Positions 36,298 through 37,969 of a stretch of 37,969 nucleotides of DNA are shown in pieces (position 1 is the first letter of the stretch; every line of letters begins with the position of its first letter). The notes below the pieces were generated by a model that was given only the letters and a program-made list of their open reading frames with translations, was not told where the DNA came from and ran no database searches. Where the stretch lies: the NCBI GenBank assembly GCA_003518045.1, contig DOZK01000021.1, positions 8,975-46,943 on the forward strand, read 5' to 3'. The translations under genes were made by a program, and so were the position numbers. This stretch comes from Candidatus Nomurabacteria bacterium. GTDB taxonomy: Bacteria; Patescibacteriota; Minisyncoccia; Phycocordibacterales; UBA5272.

Positions 36298-36395
36298 ATT
36301 GGATAACACCGCAGTTACAGTTACACAGGATTTGAAAAAAGGTACTTTTGAAATATATTATGGGTTTAGTGAGTGATTAAATAAAAAAATATAAG

Positions 36396-36818
36396 TTAAT
36401 TAAAACAAATACCGTAGGCCCCTGTTTTTAAACATTTTTTTAACAGTATCATCTCTATATTTTGATTTGTTATTTTTTCATCTAAAATATCGTATTTAGA
36501 TACAGATTCTAAATTATTAGAATAAATAAACTGTATATATGACATCAATAAACCCACAACCATTAGTATCAACACGAAAAAACCCAGAAAAACCAGACTA
36601 CTCATACTCTCAATTTTCTTTTCTTGTACTCCAACTTTATATTTAACATCCTTGAGAAGGTCTTTTGCTTCTTCCTTTATATCTTTAACCTCTTGAAGAA
36701 TCTGAATAACTTCTTTTTGTTTTACAGAAATATCAATTAAGGCAAGAGATACATCATTAGAACTAGGGATACTCTCGGAGTTTGTTTGAAAATTAAAATT
36801 ATCACCAATAATAGGCAT
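36396..36818 (-). CDS. Hypothetical coiled-coil single-TM protein
   Basis: Start set at Met38 after AAAGGAAG; heptad-rich segment followed by a TM helix; start uncertain. Confidence 0.55.
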   Translation of the reverse strand: MPIIGDNFNFQTNSESIPSSNDVSLALIDISVKQKEVIQILQEVKDIKEEAKDLLKDVKYKVGVQEKKIESMSSLVFLGFFVLILMVVGLLMSYIQFIYSNNLESVSKYDILDEKITNQNIEMILLKKCLKTGAYGICFN

Positions 36819-36870
36819 ACTTCCTTTTTTATCTTTAAAAAAGAATTCTTTTAAAGGTGAAATGATTCTA

Positions 36871-37260
36871 CTATAATACTTTTTTAATAACGAGAGTATT
36901 TTCATTTTTGTCAGTAACCACAGAACCATTAACAGTAACTTTAATCCAATAAGTTTCTTCTTTTGTGAATGGAATATTCCTAAAATTTGCTAAAAAATTA
37001 TTTCCACCCTTTCCCTCTATTTTAACCAATCCTTTAGTTGTTGCCATTACTTTATTGTCTGACAATGAAATTATTTCTACTATTTCTTGATATTCTCCAA
37101 CATCACCAGAGATATTAATTAAAACACTAAATTGGGGAAAGACAACGGGAAATCCTTGTGTCTTTATTTCTGAAAATAAATTTATAATACTAACTTTACC
37201 ATCATTAGAAATGATTACACTTTCAGAAATAAAACAACCTTTTAATTTTAGATTCGCCAT
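36871..37260 (-). CDS. Hypothetical beta-sandwich protein (DUF6941-like)
   Basis: DGKVSIINLF..I....FP pattern. Confidence 0.55.
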   Translation of the reverse strand: MANLKLKGCFISESVIISNDGKVSIINLFSEIKTQGFPVVFPQFSVLINISGDVGEYQEIVEIISLSDNKVMATTKGLVKIEGKGGNNFLANFRNIPFTKEETYWIKVTVNGSVVTDKNENTLVIKKVL

Positions 37261-37273
37261 ATTATTTTAATTA

Positions 37274-37528
37274 TTATTTTTTATTTAAGTCAACTATTTG
37301 TATTGGACTTTGAATACCTGGTGACCACTCAGTTTTTATTTCTCCAAAATTTTTCTCGAATTCTTTTATGTTATGACCGAGCGATAACAAAAGACGCTTT
37401 GCATGCTGTGGTGTTAAAGCAAATACTGATAAATTTTGTCCTGATGCTAAAGCTAAAATAACTGTCTCTGGGTTATATCCAATATTTACATTGTCACAAA
37501 ATTGTTTAGGTATTTTATTTAGGTCCAT
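37274..37528 (-). CDS. DUF3467-like protein
   Basis: FCDNVNI, LTPQHAKRLL.SL..NIKEFEKNFGEI; TATTAT 6 nt before Met6. Confidence 0.7.
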   Translation of the reverse strand: MDLNKIPKQFCDNVNIGYNPETVILALASGQNLSVFALTPQHAKRLLLSLGHNIKEFEKNFGEIKTEWSPGIQSPIQIVDLNKK

Positions 37529-37595
37529 GTCTATATAATACATTTTTCTAGGTTATTATCAAATAAATTTGATAATACAAAAAATACCTTTTAAA

Positions 37596-37747
37596 TGCGC
37601 GGTCCTGGATTCTCCTACAAGTTTCGTCTCGTCGCCACTCGACGAACTCGCAGTCCGCCTCTCGTGGTTTTGCTTGCTAGCAAAACATCACTGCGACCAT
37701 TCGAATCCAGACGAAAGAGAAGTAGTTCTCTTTCTTCCCGCGCACCA
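37596..37747. other. Structured element bounded by inverted copies of the tRNA-Ile 3' end
   Basis: 37596-612 equals tRNA 37782-798 (17 bp); ttcgaatccag (37700-10) and ccgcgcacca (37738-47) are opposite-orientation tRNA 3' pieces. Confidence 0.65.
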
Positions 37748-37778
37748 ATTTAAAAGCCCCTAATCGGGGCTTTTAAAT

Positions 37779-37854
37779 TGGTGCGCGGTCCTGGATTCGA
37801 ACCAGGGACCGCTCGAGTATCAGTCGAGTGCTCTACCAGCTGAGCTAACCGCGC
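37779..37854 (-). tRNA. tRNA-Ile(GAU), CCA encoded
   Basis: 76-nt cloverleaf GCGCGGT TA GCTC AGCTGGTA GAGC A CTCGA CTGATAC TCGAG CGGTC CCTGG TTCGAAT CCAGG ACCGCGC A CCA. Confidence 0.96.
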
Positions 37855-37969
37855 ATTTTGTTTATTCACTAAAATTTAAAAACGTATGAATTTCTTCTTT
37901 CTAGTCAAAATATACTAACATAAAATAGAGATTTTGGGAATAAGCCACTTGAATTAAACCCTCAACCTA

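Noticed and set aside
37569..37763. 64-aa ORF
   Set aside because: TTG start and lies wholly over the tRNA-derived structured element.
36396..37854. Prophage or genomic island integrated at tRNA-Ile
   Set aside because: The duplicated tRNA 3' piece is only ~185 bp away, and no integrase or phage genes are present.

Overview
This is an AT-rich bacterial window, probably from a Patescibacteria/CPR-type genome. That assignment is an inference from leaderless gene starts, a stand-alone VirD4-like ATPase and repeat-rich intergenic DNA. Positions ~330-23,000 form a surface-glycan locus: GT32, three GT2, GT25 and GT-D/DUF1792 glycosyltransferases, rmlCBDA, a Wzx flippase and two methyltransferases. 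Inside it is a tightly coupled 11-gene decoration operon (18025->7433): carbamoyltransferase, methyltransferase, MBOAT-1 with an AlgJ/AlgX-like SGNH protein, AcpS, FkbH, ACP, MaoC-type dehydratase, SDR, and MBOAT-2 with a DltD-like SGNH protein. The best candidate for a new system is a Dlt-like, carrier-protein-dependent pathway that would turn a glycolytic C3 unit into a glyceryl, pyruvoyl or lactyl group and transfer it across the membrane onto a glycan. The right half holds tdh-kbl, an AAA/DUF4143 ATPase cassette bounded by a duplicated gene 3' end, a lamin-tail/PKD secreted protein, a VirD4-like ATPase, hicBA, a DUF4015 hydrolase, rsmI, murB, orphan cassettes and tRNA-Ile(GAU) with a structured tRNA-derived element. 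Several palindromic repeat families occur, and two repeat types are inserted in frame in rsmI and murB. No CRISPR array, integrase, transposase or reverse transcriptase was seen.
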